The notes below the pieces were generated by a model that was given only the letters and a program-made list of their open reading frames with translations, had not been told where the DNA came from and did not search any database. Of a stretch of 64,000 nt of DNA, positions 61,022 through 64,000 are shown piece after piece; position 1 is the first letter of the stretch; the number at the start of each line of letters is the position of its first letter. Position numbers and translations under genes: made by a program. Origin of the DNA: Candidatus Thorarchaeota archaeon (lineage in GTDB: Archaea; Asgardarchaeota; Thorarchaeia; Thorarchaeales; Thorarchaeaceae); NCBI GenBank assembly GCA_020348985.1, contig CP070761.1, forward strand, positions 830,324-894,323, read 5' to 3'.

Positions 61022-61328
61022 TAGAGTCTCCTTCTACTATTCTGCAGACTTCCGTTGTAGCAGCATATGGCCGAGTGCCTATCCTGCATTACGGTCTGCT
61101 CTGCAATTTTGACGACAAGCAAAGATGTATGATCTATTGCATCAGATCTTATCGTCAAGAGATAATCCGAATTCAAAAGATAATAGTCAAGGGTTTGAAC
61201 ACACTCGTTCAATCAATTGGACACTATTGTTCTGACAATTAGAACGATTCAAGCAATTGATTTTGCCCTATGCTCGCAAAGCTTTTCCGGTTGGAGCCTT
61301 AACTGGTTTCTAAGGTGGGATAGCAGAA

Positions 61329-62495
61329 TTGAGCAGCTCCTTGGTTGACCGCGAATCCACAGTTGATCTGCTGAAGGACCTAGTGAAGATAGATTCTGTA
61401 AATCCGTCCCTTGTCAAAGGTGCGGCGGGGGAAGCAGAAATCGCTGAGTTCCTTTCGGACTACATGCAGGGACTGGGTCTGAGAACCGCTGTCGAGGAAG
61501 TGGACACAGGCAGACCTAATGTAGTGGGCGTCTTGGAGGGGGAGGAACAAGGACCTTCACTGCTTCTTAATGGGCACACAGACACTGTTGGCGTGGATTA
61601 CATGGATGTTGACCCATTTAATCCAGTGATAAGAGACGGCAAGCTGTACGGTCGAGGCGCCTTTGATATGAAAGGGGGTCTTGCTTCTATTGTGGCTGCC
61701 ACAAAGGCTGTTGTGGAGTCCGATAGAAAGCTAAGGGGCAATCTCGTGATATCTGCAGTCTGCGATGAAGAATACGCGTCAATAGGTACAGAGAGACTCA
61801 TGAATGATATTCTACCTGACGCCGCAATTATAGGAGAACCGACGGAACTCGACATTCTGGTTGCTCACAAGGGATTCTCATGGGTTGAGATTGTGACAAG
61901 AGGGTTTGCCGCCCATGGTAGCCAGCATGAAAAGGGAATCGATGCTATAGCAATGATGGGACGAGTTCTTGTAGAGTTGGAGAAACTACAAGGAGGCCTT
62001 GCTAGGAAGACACATGAGAAAGTGGGTCATCCGACACTCCACGCTTCAATTATAGAAGGCGGAAGTGAGCTAAGTACATATCCCGATTGTTGCGTGCTCA
62101 AAATCGAATGGAGGACTGTGCCTGGCGAAGATGAGTCAACGATTAGAAATGAGATTGAGTCAGTGCTTTCGGGACTTGCAAGCAGGGATGGCAACTTCAA
62201 AGCAGACTATGAGATTATTCTCTCCAGAGGACCAATGGAAGTCTCAGAGAATGAATCAATCTGTCAGAGCCTTGCAAACGTGATTCTTGAAGTAACTGGA
62301 CGTGTACCAGAATACATTGGTAGACCTTTCTGGCTCGACACAGAAATCATCTGGAGGAAAGGAGTGCCTGCAGTAGCATTTGGTCCAAGTGGTGACGGGG
62401 CTCATGCAGCGGTAGAGTATGTCAATGTTGAATCTGTGATTACCGCGGCACGTGTGCTAGAGAGATTTGCACATAGCTACTTAGGATCCATTTAG
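61329..62495 (+). CDS. M20 ArgE/DapE-family deacylase
   Basis: LNGHTDTV, GRGAFDMKGG, DEE, GEPT, AHGS, GAH. Confidence 0.92.
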   Translation: MSSSLVDRESTVDLLKDLVKIDSVNPSLVKGAAGEAEIAEFLSDYMQGLGLRTAVEEVDTGRPNVVGVLEGEEQGPSLLLNGHTDTVGVDYMDVDPFNPVIRDGKLYGRGAFDMKGGLASIVAATKAVVESDRKLRGNLVISAVCDEEYASIGTERLMNDILPDAAIIGEPTELDILVAHKGFSWVEIVTRGFAAHGSQHEKGIDAIAMMGRVLVELEKLQGGLARKTHEKVGHPTLHASIIEGGSELSTYPDCCVLKIEWRTVPGEDESTIRNEIESVLSGLASRDGNFKADYEIILSRGPMEVSENESICQSLANVILEVTGRVPEYIGRPFWLDTEIIWRKGVPAVAFGPSGDGAHAAVEYVNVESVITAARVLERFAHSYLGSI

Positions 62496-63557
62496 TTGTG
62501 GAAGAGAGAGAAAAAGATGGATGTGATGGATTTGGCAGAAGACAACGTAAGAGTACTGTTCATCTGGGATGCACGCGCAGAACTACGCGACTTCCTGCAA
62601 GCGGGACTGGCCGACTTGGAAAACGTGGAACTCGTGTTTCCAGACGAGACTGATGATGAGACTCTCGTAAAGCTCGCGCCGGATGCGGACATCATGATTG
62701 GCTGGAGACCCTCCAGAGATCTCCTGAGCGCCGCCAAGAAGATGACTCTTTTTGTAAATCCAGGTGCCGGAGTTCAGCACCACATTGAGGTCTTTAGAGA
62801 GATCAACCAAGAGCAGAGCGTTGTCCTGGTCAACGGCCATGGCAACTCCTACTTCACTGCTCAGCATGCCGTGGCGTTGCTCCTCACACTGACAAACAAG
62901 ATTGTGTCTCACCATGAATGGATGAGAAACGGAAAGTGGCGTACAGGAGATTCTGACGCAAGCTCGATTCCTCTCAGGTATAGGAAAGTGGGCCTCCTGG
63001 GATACGGAGCAGTCAACAGACAAGTTCATCGGTTCCTCCAAGGTTTCGATTTGGATTTTCATGTCCTCAAAAGAAGTTGGGAGACTCAACCACGGACACA
63101 GCCCACGAACTACAGGAAATACGAGCCTGCTCAGATTCACGAGTTCTTGAAGGACATAGATACATTGATTGTCGCTGTTCCTCAAACGCCAGAAACGATA
63201 GGACTGATAGGTCGAGAAGAGCTTGAGCTGCTGGGAGAGGATGGTCTCATCGTCAATATGGCCCGGGGAGTAGTGGTTGATGAGCAGGGTCTGTTCAACG
63301 TTCTGAAAGAAAAAGCCATTGCTGGTGCTGCTATTGACGTCTGGTACGAATACAGACCAGAGCCTGATGCCGAAGGCCGGAAGTTCCCTTACAACTATCC
63401 GTTTCACGAGCTTGACAATGTCATCCTTTCTCCACACAGAGGTGCCTCTCCTTTCAGAGACCTAGAAAGGTGGAATGAAGTCACAGAGAACATAAGGCGC
63501 TTTGCAGTCGGAAGAACAGACTTTCTAAACGTGGTTGATCTTGACCGCGGGTACTGA
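62496..63557 (+). CDS. D-2-hydroxyacid dehydrogenase family (true start probably ~62517-62526)
   Basis: GLLGYGAV, VPQTPET, NMARG, AAIDVWY, SPHRG. Confidence 0.9.
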   Translation: MWKREKKMDVMDLAEDNVRVLFIWDARAELRDFLQAGLADLENVELVFPDETDDETLVKLAPDADIMIGWRPSRDLLSAAKKMTLFVNPGAGVQHHIEVFREINQEQSVVLVNGHGNSYFTAQHAVALLLTLTNKIVSHHEWMRNGKWRTGDSDASSIPLRYRKVGLLGYGAVNRQVHRFLQGFDLDFHVLKRSWETQPRTQPTNYRKYEPAQIHEFLKDIDTLIVAVPQTPETIGLIGREELELLGEDGLIVNMARGVVVDEQGLFNVLKEKAIAGAAIDVWYEYRPEPDAEGRKFPYNYPFHELDNVILSPHRGASPFRDLERWNEVTENIRRFAVGRTDFLNVVDLDRGY

Positions 63558-63879
63558 CCAACCGAATTCCTATGTGCACAGGACCACACAAGGAGACTCA
63601 ATTACTTGTTGTCATGAGTTCTCTCATCCGAGTCTGGCTCTTGAGGAGCAAGAGCAAGGGAGAAATCCCAGCCGACCCAGTTGTCGAGGAAGCTCGGCCA
63701 CCGTTCCAGGCCCAATCATTGCGTTGTCTCCGTTTGTCCTGATGACTGAGGTCGGCACTGTTTCTTCTTACTTCCAAAACCAATATCTTCATTCATATGT
63801 CGGGATTCTCTCAGGTGGAATTGGAAAGGATACCATTTCTGACTGCAGTCAGAGCAATCCGAAATGAGGTCAAGTGCTG

Positions 63880-64000
63880 ATGGAAGGCGTAGACAACAAT
63901 GAAACAGCAGTTGAATCTGGAGAGGAAAGAAGGAACTTCTCGTTGAGCTTCTTGAGCGATCGACATATTTTGGCTCCGTGGATTCTGCTTGCACTCACCG
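63880..64000 (+). CDS. 5' end of a probable membrane protein (runs off the window)
   Basis: GAGGT SD, then MEGVDNNETAVESGEERRNFSLSFLSDRHILAPWILLALT, open to the end. Confidence 0.55.
   Translation, partial: MEGVDNNETAVESGEERRNFSLSFLSDRHILAPWILLALT

Noticed and set aside
63535-63867. 110-aa ORF after the dehydrogenase, and overlapping minus-strand ORFs
   Set aside because: No SD or motifs and atypical composition; probably non-coding or decayed.
1-64000. CRISPR arrays, IS/transposases, integrases, rRNA/tRNA, selenoprotein UGA read-through
   Set aside because: No periodic repeats, recombinase motifs or RNA gene signatures were seen by eye. The redox CxxC proteins use Cys codons, and no TGA interrupts a recognisable domain.

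Overview
This is a gene-dense archaeal chromosomal segment with about 55 CDS and no tRNA, rRNA, CRISPR array or mobile element that I can see. TATA-like boxes, GGAGG Shine-Dalgarno sites, type-2 IPP isomerase, an AF_0577-type radical SAM enzyme and several eukaryote-like domain architectures suggest an Asgard archaeon, probably Thorarchaeia-like (inference). Most genes are ordinary metabolic, redox or membrane genes. The stand-out locus is 18.0-26.0 kb. It holds a three-gene operon: a ~900-aa helical/coiled-coil protein, a divergent tubulin/FtsZ-superfamily GTPase and a 352-aa unknown protein. The GTPase N-domain looks FtsZ/CetZ-like, but it carries a C-terminal segment matching tubulin helices H11-H12. 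The operon sits head-to-head with a WD40 + MIT-like + coiled-coil gene, next to a TPR gene, and is a candidate undescribed cytoskeletal or membrane-remodelling system. Other notable items: a 1509-aa surface protein whose cytoplasmic tail resembles a coatomer/adaptin appendage; a ~100-nt structured ncRNA candidate with an anti-SD-like loop; an intact but catalytically degenerate PurQ/PurL pair; a divergent TGT-family protein; and a tandem PadR operator. All family assignments are from motif reading by eye, and no searches were run.
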